Source: an uncultured Eubacteriales bacterium (GTDB lineage Bacteria; Bacillota; Clostridia; TANB77; CAG-508). Taken from it: a stretch of DNA of 64,000 nucleotides. The stretch lies in contig CASEEU010000079.1 in assembly GCA_949287075.1 (NCBI GenBank), forward strand, positions 229-64,228, given 5' to 3'. The position numbers and the translations under genes were made by a program. Under the pieces are notes generated by a model. It had not been told where the DNA came from. It was given only the letters and a program-made list of their open reading frames with translations, and ran no database searches. Positions 39,632-47,183 of this stretch are shown one piece after another. Positions within the stretch are counted from its first letter, which is position 1, and every line of letters starts with the position of its first letter.

Positions 39632-39660
39632 TTGACAAACATGAAACGATAATATATAAC
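39632..39660 (+). promoter_or_regulatory. sigmaA promoter
   Basis: TTGACA-N17-TATAAC; RBS aggagg. Confidence 0.75.
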
Positions 39661-39678
39661 TAACAAAAGGAGGCATCT

Positions 39679-40488
39679 ATGGAAGAAAATAAAAAAGAGA
39701 AGTTTTTAGAAAGAATATATAGAATCATAAATTGGGGTTTAGCCATTTTTATACTTGTATTTTCAACTTACACATTAAGATATTCGGGAGAATATGAATT
39801 ATATATAAATGAAGACAATAGAGATAGGATTTATGCATATGTAGGAGAGGAAAATTTTAGAATAGATAGTGAAGCAAAGAAAATTATATATGAAGAAGTT
39901 TGGGATAACAATGATTATAAAATTTATTACGAAAATGGAGAAAAAGAGGTCTTATATTTAGAAGGGATTCCTTGGGAAAATAATCTGATAAAAGAAGAGG
40001 GGATATATATTCCTATAAGAAACTTGAGTATTACTTTTATTCTTGTCATCATCCTTATCTTAAATATAACGATAATAAGAAAAAGATTTGAAAAAGATAA
40101 CAACCAGCTAATATATAAAAATATTTCTATTATGGTTACAATAATTCTAACACTTATGATACTTTGTAATTTTGCGCTAGGATTAACCACACCTATTTTG
40201 ATAATTCCTGTACTAGCTATATTCCTATTTGGAGGAGCAGGTGTCATTGGGCTTATTAGTTATTATATAGAAAGAAAAAAGATTAGATCAAAAACCTCTT
40301 CTAATTTTTTAAAAATCTTATTTATAAATTATATCGTCCTATTGGCAATATATAGCATATATATGATTTCATGGGGAGGAATAATGGAATGGAATGTAAT
40401 TACTTCAATCGTATTCGTAGCAGGAGAAACGATTTTAGGGTATGGCACCGGAAGATTAATAGATATACTAAATCATAAAAAAACATGA
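39679..40488 (+). CDS. Hypothetical multi-pass membrane protein
   Basis: About 6 hydrophobic segments; good promoter and RBS. Confidence 0.75.
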   Translation: MEENKKEKFLERIYRIINWGLAIFILVFSTYTLRYSGEYELYINEDNRDRIYAYVGEENFRIDSEAKKIIYEEVWDNNDYKIYYENGEKEVLYLEGIPWENNLIKEEGIYIPIRNLSITFILVIILILNITIIRKRFEKDNNQLIYKNISIMVTIILTLMILCNFALGLTTPILIIPVLAIFLFGGAGVIGLISYYIERKKIRSKTSSNFLKILFINYIVLLAIYSIYMISWGGIMEWNVITSIVFVAGETILGYGTGRLIDILNHKKT

Positions 40489-40643
40489 AAAGTTTATTGA
40501 TATCAATGTATTTAATGGAAGTTATGAAGAATTTATAAAATTAGTTGAAGAATAAAAATAAATCATCAAATATTAACAAAAATATATTGAAAAATACACA
40601 TTTTTCTGTTACATTAAAAAAAACAAAGGAAAAAGGTGGTTAT

Positions 40644-41081
40644 ATGATAAGAAAAATAAAAGAAGAAGACTTAACAAAAGTAATGACAATATGGGTAAAA
40701 GGAAATTTTAAAGCAAATAGCTTTATTGAAAAAGATTATTGGTTAGAAATCTATAATCAAGCAAAAGTAGACTTTTTAGAAAATTTTAAAACTTATGTAT
40801 ATGTAGAAAATGATGAAGTTTTAGGATTTATTTCTATTGATGAAAATGAAATAAAAGCGATATTTGTAAAAGAAGAAAATAGAGGACATGAAATTGGAAC
40901 TAAATTGTTAAATTATTATAGAAATAATTTAGAAGATAATGCAGAACTTTCGGTAAAAATATTTGAAAAAAACATGAAAGGTATTATATTTTTTTCGAAT
41001 TTGCAATTTAAAAATAGTAAAATCCAATTAAACGAACAATTTAACGAGACAGAATATATTATGACTTGGAAAAAAGAATAA
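40644..41081 (+). CDS. GNAT acetyltransferase (YjaB-like); start re-called to 40644
   Basis: MIRKIKEED, IKAIFVKEENRGHEIGTKLL; RBS aggtgg. Confidence 0.75.
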   Translation: MIRKIKEEDLTKVMTIWVKGNFKANSFIEKDYWLEIYNQAKVDFLENFKTYVYVENDEVLGFISIDENEIKAIFVKEENRGHEIGTKLLNYYRNNLEDNAELSVKIFEKNMKGIIFFSNLQFKNSKIQLNEQFNETEYIMTWKKE

Positions 41082-41166
41082 TAAAATATAGATAAAGAGG
41101 ATAAAGTAGAAGTGCTTTATCTTTTTTTAAAAAAATTTATTTTTGCAAGATATATTATTTATGCAT

Positions 41167-41221
41167 CTTAAGAAAATTTTAATATTTCGTAAAAAAATAC
41201 TTAATAAATAACTGGTATACT
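41167..41221 (+). promoter_or_regulatory. Direct-repeat array (OmpR/CiaR-like) plus extended -10
   Basis: CTTAAG/TTTAAT/GTAAAA/CTTAAT at 11-bp period, ending 10 nt before TATACT. Confidence 0.5.
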
Positions 41222-41225
41222 AAAA

Positions 41226-41289
41226 GTGACAAAAATGTAAGACAAAAATATAGCAAAATGCATACATTTTAGGAAAAATGTGGTATAAT
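41226..41289 (+). promoter_or_regulatory. Second BceR-type box plus extended -10
   Basis: TGACA-N4-TGTAA; 18/21 identity to the 34843 site; TGGTATAAT at a near-identical distance. Confidence 0.6.
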
Positions 41290-41332
41290 ATATATGTTAT
41301 GGTTTATTTTAACATAAACAGAAAGGATAAAC

Positions 41333-42064
41333 ATGAGTAGAAAAACAAAAATAAAAATATTAAGAATCATAATTGCAATAATTGCAGTTACAATTATTAT
41401 AGGGATGCTAGTCTATTTAATTCCAGTTATGAAAAATCTAAGTACAATAGAAGGACAAGAGGCATTTAAAAATAAAGTTAATGATTCAGGTTTTGTAGGA
41501 TTATTAATGTTATTTGGACTTCAAGTGGCACAAATATTTTTATTTATATTACCAGGTGAACCGATAGAAATATTAGCAGGTATGTGCTATGGTGGATGGG
41601 GAGGATTATTATTTATTACCATATCTGTAGCTATTATTACAACAGGAATCTTTTCCTTAGTAAGAAAATTAGGAAGAAAATTTGTATATGATTTTTGCGA
41701 TGAAGAAAAAGTAAAAAAAATTGAAAACAGTAAGATATTTAAAAATCCAAAAAAAGTTGAATGGATATTAATTATATTATTTATGATACCAGGAACACCT
41801 AAAGATCTGTTAGTATACATTTCAGGATTATTACCAATAAAACCACTACGACTTATATTAATATCTACATTTGCTAGGTTACCTTCTGTGGTATCATCAA
41901 CATTTGCAGGAAATACGTTAATGAAAGGTGATTGGAAATCAAGTTTAGTTATATATGCGATTACATTTTTATTAGTTGGTGTAGTTGTATTTATTATCAA
42001 TAAGTTCGATAAAAGTAAAACTACAGAAGAAGCATTAAAATCAATACAAGAAGATATAAAATAG
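41333..42064 (+). CDS. DedA/VTT (TVP38/SNARE-associated) membrane protein
   Basis: LQVAQIFLFILPGEP, RKLGRK, FMIPGTPKDLL, FARLPS. Confidence 0.85.
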   Translation: MSRKTKIKILRIIIAIIAVTIIIGMLVYLIPVMKNLSTIEGQEAFKNKVNDSGFVGLLMLFGLQVAQIFLFILPGEPIEILAGMCYGGWGGLLFITISVAIITTGIFSLVRKLGRKFVYDFCDEEKVKKIENSKIFKNPKKVEWILIILFMIPGTPKDLLVYISGLLPIKPLRLILISTFARLPSVVSSTFAGNTLMKGDWKSSLVIYAITFLLVGVVVFIINKFDKSKTTEEALKSIQEDIK

Positions 42065-42086
42065 AAAGGAAATAAGAGGGAAATTT

Positions 42087-42638
42087 ATGGAAAAGAAAGT
42101 TGTTCTAGCCAAAACTACGAAAGATAAAATAATTGAATATATAATCTACTTTTTCATATATTCTTTTTTAGGTTGGTTAATTGAAACTATTTATGCTATG
42201 TTTGTACATGGATATTTTGTAAAAAGAGGATTTTTGTTTGGACCAGTTTGTCCAATATATGGTTTTGGAGCAGTATTATTATTGATGGCAACAAAAAAGT
42301 TATACAAAAAACCTTTTCTAAAATTTCTAATTGCAACAATTGCTTTTACATTGTTTGAATATATGGTTTCGTTTATATTAGAAATGCTATTTGGATTACG
42401 ATGGTGGGACTATTCAAATGACTTCTTAAATATTCAAGGAAGAGTTAGCTTATTATATTCTATATTTTGGGGTGTTATTGGATTAGTTTTACTAGAAAAA
42501 CTGCACCCATACATACAAGATAAAATACAAAAAATAACAAAAGGAAATGCCAATCATTTACAGAAAATTGTTTGTTTCTTATTAATTGGTATATTAATTG
42601 CAGATACTGTTTTCTCAGTTTTAAAGTATTTAAATTAA
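42087..42638 (+). CDS. CmpB-like (DUF1113) putative ABC permease, paralog 1
   Basis: YSFLGWLIE, RGFLFGPVCPIYGFG, WWDYS, GRVSL. Confidence 0.8.
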   Translation: MEKKVVLAKTTKDKIIEYIIYFFIYSFLGWLIETIYAMFVHGYFVKRGFLFGPVCPIYGFGAVLLLMATKKLYKKPFLKFLIATIAFTLFEYMVSFILEMLFGLRWWDYSNDFLNIQGRVSLLYSIFWGVIGLVLLEKLHPYIQDKIQKITKGNANHLQKIVCFLLIGILIADTVFSVLKYLN

Positions 42639-42702
42639 TATAGATAATTTGAGTTTGAGATGTTTCTGTATGGAAAATTCTCATAAAACCTAATCTGAAT
42701 CA

Positions 42703-42758
42703 AAAATACTGTATTTAATATTTAAAAAAATAAATAAAAATATTAAATACAGTATTTT
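42703..42758. terminator. 21-bp perfect AT-rich inverted repeat (probable terminator)
   Basis: aaaatactgtatttaatattt / aaatattaaatacagtatttt. Confidence 0.6.
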
Positions 42759-42833
42759 GTTATAATTAAAATTTGATAAAAATATCCTAAACAAATTGAA
42801 AATTAGTTTTTCTTAAGAATTTATTTAAACAAA

Positions 42834-42877
42834 TTTAAGAAACCCTAAAAAGATTATTAAGATTTACATGATATAGT
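42834..42877 (+). promoter_or_regulatory. Direct-repeat array (OmpR/CiaR-like) plus extended -10
   Basis: TTTAAG/CCTAAA/ATTAAG at 11-bp period, ending 10 nt before TATAGT. Confidence 0.5.
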
Positions 42878-42935
42878 AAAACTACATAAAGGTGAATACT
42901 GTTATGTAGTAATAAAAATAATATGAAATAAAGGG

Positions 42936-43589
42936 GTGAAGCAAATGAGAAAGGAAAAATGGATTAATCAAGGTATAAAAATATTTTGGGTATTTATCAT
43001 AGGAAGTTTGATTGGATATATGGTTGAAATGATTGTAGGATTAGTTCAAAATGGTTATTTTGTATCAAGACAAGGACTACTATTTGGACCATTTGCACAA
43101 GTATATGGATTAGGTATATTAGCTTACTATTTTGTTGTTCCCAAAATAAAAGGAGGATATCTAAAAGTCTTTTTTGTAACAATGCTATTAGGAGGAATTG
43201 TAGAATATTTATGTTCTTATTTCCAAGAGATTTTATTTGGAAGCATTTCATGGGATTATTCGGATTTATGGTTTAATATAAACGGAAGAACAAGTCTGCT
43301 ACATTGTACATATTGGGGAATAGGAGGAATATTATTTATGAAATATGTTATGCCTTTAATTAATCATATAGATAAGATTATAAAAAATCAGTATTTTAGA
43401 ACCATAACCGCTTTATTTGCCATATTTATGGTATTTAATATATCTGTATCTTCAATGGCAGCGATTAGACAAGATGAAAGAAATCGTGAAATTGTAGCAA
43501 CAAGTAATATAGATATATTTTTTGATAAATATTATTCTGATGAAGTGATGGATGTAATTTATGAAAATAAAATAGAAGTAGAGAGATAG
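42936..43589 (+). CDS. CmpB-like (DUF1113) putative ABC permease, paralog 2 (start GTG 42936 or ATG 42945)
   Basis: GSLIGYMVE, QGLLFGPFAQVYGLG, WDYS, NINGRTSL. Confidence 0.8.
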   Translation: MKQMRKEKWINQGIKIFWVFIIGSLIGYMVEMIVGLVQNGYFVSRQGLLFGPFAQVYGLGILAYYFVVPKIKGGYLKVFFVTMLLGGIVEYLCSYFQEILFGSISWDYSDLWFNINGRTSLLHCTYWGIGGILFMKYVMPLINHIDKIIKNQYFRTITALFAIFMVFNISVSSMAAIRQDERNREIVATSNIDIFFDKYYSDEVMDVIYENKIEVER

Positions 43590-43625
43590 AATTACTTAGA
43601 AATCAATTAATTTCTGTCAAAGAAT

Positions 43626-43656
43626 AGGCACTGCCAATTATGGGTGGTGCTTTTTC
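43626..43656 (+). terminator. Terminator
   Basis: Stem aggcactgcc / ggtggtgctt with T tail. Confidence 0.6.
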
Positions 43657-43689
43657 TATTGTAAAATTTAGCAATTTGAAAAAACATCG

Positions 43690-43716
43690 ACAAACATTTA
43701 CATAAAGTCATATTAT
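43690..43716 (+). promoter_or_regulatory. Possible sigmaK-type (mother-cell) promoter
   Basis: ACA-N16-CATATTAT before spoVFB. Confidence 0.45.
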
Positions 43717-43746
43717 ATATAAGACTATGAGAAAGGAGGAATTCAT

Positions 43747-44325
43747 TTGGAAGTAAAGGGAAAAAAGATAGGATTTGTATTAACAGGTTCGTTTTGTACA
43801 TTTCGAAAAGTGTTACCTAAAATGAAAGAATTAATAAAAAAAGGAGCAGAAATTGTACCAATTATGTCTTTTAATAGTTATCAGTTAGATACGAAATTTG
43901 GAAAAGCAGAAGATTTTATCAACGAAATAGAAGAAATAACAGGGAAAAAAATTATTCACACAATTGTAGATGCAGAACCAATTGGTCCCAAAAAAATGAC
44001 AGATATAATGATTATTGCACCTTGTTCAGGAAATACTATGTCAAAATTAGCCTGTGATATTATAGATACACCTGCAACTATGGCGGCTAAATCGCATTTA
44101 AGAAATAATCGACCTTTAGTTATAGCAGCATCTACGAATAATGGATTAAGTGGTAATGCTGAAAATATAGGAAAATTATTAAACAGAAAAAATTACTTTT
44201 TTGTACCATTTAGACAAGATAATCCAATCACAAAACCAAGGTCAATTGTATTTGATCCAGAATACATCATAAAAACGATTGAATATGCCTTAGAAGGAGA
44301 ACAAATCAGTCCGATATTAATCTAA
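43747..44325 (+). CDS. spoVFB: Dipicolinate synthase subunit B
   Basis: GFVLTGSFCT, AEPIGPK, APCSGNT, FVPFRQD; TTG start with RBS aggagg. Confidence 0.92.
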   Translation: MEVKGKKIGFVLTGSFCTFRKVLPKMKELIKKGAEIVPIMSFNSYQLDTKFGKAEDFINEIEEITGKKIIHTIVDAEPIGPKKMTDIMIIAPCSGNTMSKLACDIIDTPATMAAKSHLRNNRPLVIAASTNNGLSGNAENIGKLLNRKNYFFVPFRQDNPITKPRSIVFDPEYIIKTIEYALEGEQISPILI

Positions 44326-44330
44326 TAAAC

Positions 44331-44359
44331 TTGTATATGGAATTCAGGTATGATAGAAT
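44331..44359 (+). promoter_or_regulatory. sigmaA promoter of pepF
   Basis: TTGTAT-N17-TAGAAT with extended -10 TG. Confidence 0.6.
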
Positions 44360-44382
44360 AGGAAAGAAGGAGGATAGGACAA

Positions 44383-46158
44383 ATGAAAGACTTTCAAGAT
44401 AAGTACAGTTGGAATTTAACAGATTTATTTAAAAACAAAGAAGAATTTTATGATGAAATAAGAAAAGTAAAAGATAAATTAAAACAAATCGAAAATTATA
44501 AAGGTATATTATGTGATAATTCAGAGAACTTATATCAATGTTATGCTTTGTATGAAAAGTTATTAATAGATTTTGATAAAATCTATTCTTATGGTATGTT
44601 TTCTTATCATTTAAATATGGCAAATCAAGAAGGCATCAAATTATATAAGGAAGTAGAAATGTTATCATCAGAATTTAGTACAGCCTCTTCTTTTATAATA
44701 CCTGAAATCACATTTACAGATGAAAAGACAATTCGAGAATATTTATCTAATGATAAAAGACTAAAACCATATAAAAGAGATATAGAAGATATTTTAGAAA
44801 AGAAAAAACATGTTTTGAGTAAGGAAGAAGAAAACTTACTTGCTAATTATTCAGAGATATTTTCTAGTCCAGAAAATATATATGGTATCTTAACAAATGC
44901 AGAATTTAAATTTGGGAATTTAATAGATGAAGATGGAAAAGAAGTGGAATTAACTAATGCCACATATACGAAATATTTAAAGAGTTTCAATATAGAAGTA
45001 AGAAAACAAGCTTTTCACCTAATGTATAAAAAGTATAGTGAATATATTAATACCATAACCGAAATGTATTTATCGAATGTAAAGCAAACTGTTATTACTT
45101 CTAAGTTAAGAAAATATGCTTCTTCTTTAGAACAAGCAACTATTCATGATGATGCAACAATAAAAGTATATGAAGCTTTAATGAAAGGAGTTAATGAAGG
45201 ATTAGAAATTAATTACCAATTTATATCTTTAAAAAGAAAATTGTTACATATAAAAGAAATGCATATATATGATCTTTATCTGAATCCATTTCAAGAAGGA
45301 AAAAATACAATTTCTTTTGAAGATGCTAAAAAAGAAGCGAAGAGTGCATTATCTGTATTAGGAACAGAATATGGTAACATATTAGATAAGGCATTTGAAA
45401 ATCATTGGATAGACGTATATGAAAAAAGTAATAAAAGAGGTGGAGCATATAGTTCTGGAGTATATGGAGTACATCCATTTGTGTTGATGAATTTTACAGA
45501 AGATAAAAGAGACGTTAGCACTATTGTTCATGAATTGGGGCATAGTATCCATTCATATTATTCTAACAAAACTCAAAATATAATTGATGCAAATTATACG
45601 ATTATGGTAGCAGAAGTTGCATCAACAGTAAATGAAATTTTACTCAGTGAATATCAAATACAACATGAGAAGGATAAAAAGAAAAAAGCAGAATATATTT
45701 ATGAACTTTTAGAAATGATAAGAGCAACTTTTTATAGACAATCCATGTTCGCTGAATTTGAAAAAGAAGTGCATGAGAAAATTGAAAATGGAGAAATGCT
45801 AGCAGCAGAAGATTTAAATAAACTATATTATGAATTGAATCAAAAATATTTTGGAAAAGACATTATTCTTGATAAGGAAATACAATATGAATGGTCTAGA
45901 ATTCCCCATTTTTATACAGATTTTTATGTGTATAAATATGCAACAGGAATATCAGCAGCCATTTGTATTGCAACAAAAATTTTGAATAAAGAAGAGGGAT
46001 ATGTAGAAAAATATATTCATATGCTAAGTCAAGGATGTACAAAAAAATCAGTAGAGCTTTTAAAAATGGTAGATGTTGATTTGGAAGACAGCAATACATA
46101 TAAAGTAATGACAGAATTTTATAAAGATAAAATTGATGAATTAAAAAAATTATTATAA
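44383..46158 (+). CDS. pepF: Oligoendopeptidase F (M3B)
   Basis: HELGHSIH, AEVASTVNE, WSRIPHFY, YVYKYATG. Confidence 0.94.
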   Translation: MKDFQDKYSWNLTDLFKNKEEFYDEIRKVKDKLKQIENYKGILCDNSENLYQCYALYEKLLIDFDKIYSYGMFSYHLNMANQEGIKLYKEVEMLSSEFSTASSFIIPEITFTDEKTIREYLSNDKRLKPYKRDIEDILEKKKHVLSKEEENLLANYSEIFSSPENIYGILTNAEFKFGNLIDEDGKEVELTNATYTKYLKSFNIEVRKQAFHLMYKKYSEYINTITEMYLSNVKQTVITSKLRKYASSLEQATIHDDATIKVYEALMKGVNEGLEINYQFISLKRKLLHIKEMHIYDLYLNPFQEGKNTISFEDAKKEAKSALSVLGTEYGNILDKAFENHWIDVYEKSNKRGGAYSSGVYGVHPFVLMNFTEDKRDVSTIVHELGHSIHSYYSNKTQNIIDANYTIMVAEVASTVNEILLSEYQIQHEKDKKKKAEYIYELLEMIRATFYRQSMFAEFEKEVHEKIENGEMLAAEDLNKLYYELNQKYFGKDIILDKEIQYEWSRIPHFYTDFYVYKYATGISAAICIATKILNKEEGYVEKYIHMLSQGCTKKSVELLKMVDVDLEDSNTYKVMTEFYKDKIDELKKLL

Positions 46159-46173
46159 GAAAGGTTTATATAT

Positions 46174-47100
46174 ATGAAAAAAGATGAGCTAAAGAAAGAA
46201 GAAACAAATATACAAATTGAGAAAGAAACAGAAAAGGTAAATAATGAAACACAAAACAAGTCAAAGATAAAAAAGAAAAGAACAATTAATGGAATTAGTA
46301 TTTGGAGAATTTTAGCGTATTTTATTATTTACAGTATATTTGGATATATCATAGAAACTATATATGGAATGATAACCAAAGGCGTATGGGAAAGTAGACA
46401 AAGCTTTTTATATGGACCATTTTGTGGTATTTATGGTTTAGGTGCTGTTGTTATGATTATTTGCTTACACAAATTTCCTAGAAAATTTAATACATTGTTT
46501 ATAGGAGGATTTATTGTTGGCTCTATTGTAGAATATGTAGTGAGTTTTGTAGGAGAAATGCTATTAGGTGTAAAATGGTGGGATTATTCTAATATGCCAC
46601 TAAATATTAATGGAAGAATATGTGTCTATTTTTCTGTTTTCTGGGGATTTTTAGGAATCTATTTAATAGCTTCTCTAAATCCAAAAGTAGATAAAATTAT
46701 TGATTGGATAAAAAGCAAATTTAAAACTTATAAAGCATTAAAAACATTTGTTATGACTGTATTTATTTTACTTATGATAGATTGTGTGTCAACTGGATTT
46801 GCAATTGAATTTTTCTTAGTAAGAATGATTGCTCAAAACGATATTGATGTTGCAAATAAAGAATTAGTTATGGAAAAATATGATGAGATTTATGGAAATG
46901 AAAAATTATCAAATTTCATTTATCAATTTTGGGGAGATAAAAAAATGATAAGAACATTTCCAAATCTAAAAGTAAAAGATAAAAATGGAAATATTGTGTA
47001 TATGGATAGTTTGCTTGATATACAACCATATTATTTAAAGGTACATGACAAAAATAATAAAAACAATAGAGAAGTTGAAGAAGATATTAGAGGAGAATAA
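46174..47100 (+). CDS. CmpB-like (DUF1113) putative ABC permease, paralog 3, with extended termini
   Basis: YSIFGYIIE, FLYGPFCGIYGLG, WWDYS, NINGRIC. Confidence 0.8.
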   Translation: MKKDELKKEETNIQIEKETEKVNNETQNKSKIKKKRTINGISIWRILAYFIIYSIFGYIIETIYGMITKGVWESRQSFLYGPFCGIYGLGAVVMIICLHKFPRKFNTLFIGGFIVGSIVEYVVSFVGEMLLGVKWWDYSNMPLNINGRICVYFSVFWGFLGIYLIASLNPKVDKIIDWIKSKFKTYKALKTFVMTVFILLMIDCVSTGFAIEFFLVRMIAQNDIDVANKELVMEKYDEIYGNEKLSNFIYQFWGDKKMIRTFPNLKVKDKNGNIVYMDSLLDIQPYYLKVHDKNNKNNREVEEDIRGE

Positions 47101-47114
47101 AAAAGAAATATAAA

Positions 47115-47148
47115 TACCATTGCTAAAATATTTTTGCAATGGTATAAT
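47115..47148 (+). promoter_or_regulatory. sigmaA promoter overlapped by a 9-bp inverted repeat
   Basis: TTGCTA-N17-TATAAT; TACCATTGC-N12-GCAATGGTA. Confidence 0.6.
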
Positions 47149-47183
47149 ATTTTTAATATACATAAGATATACCAAAGGAGGAA

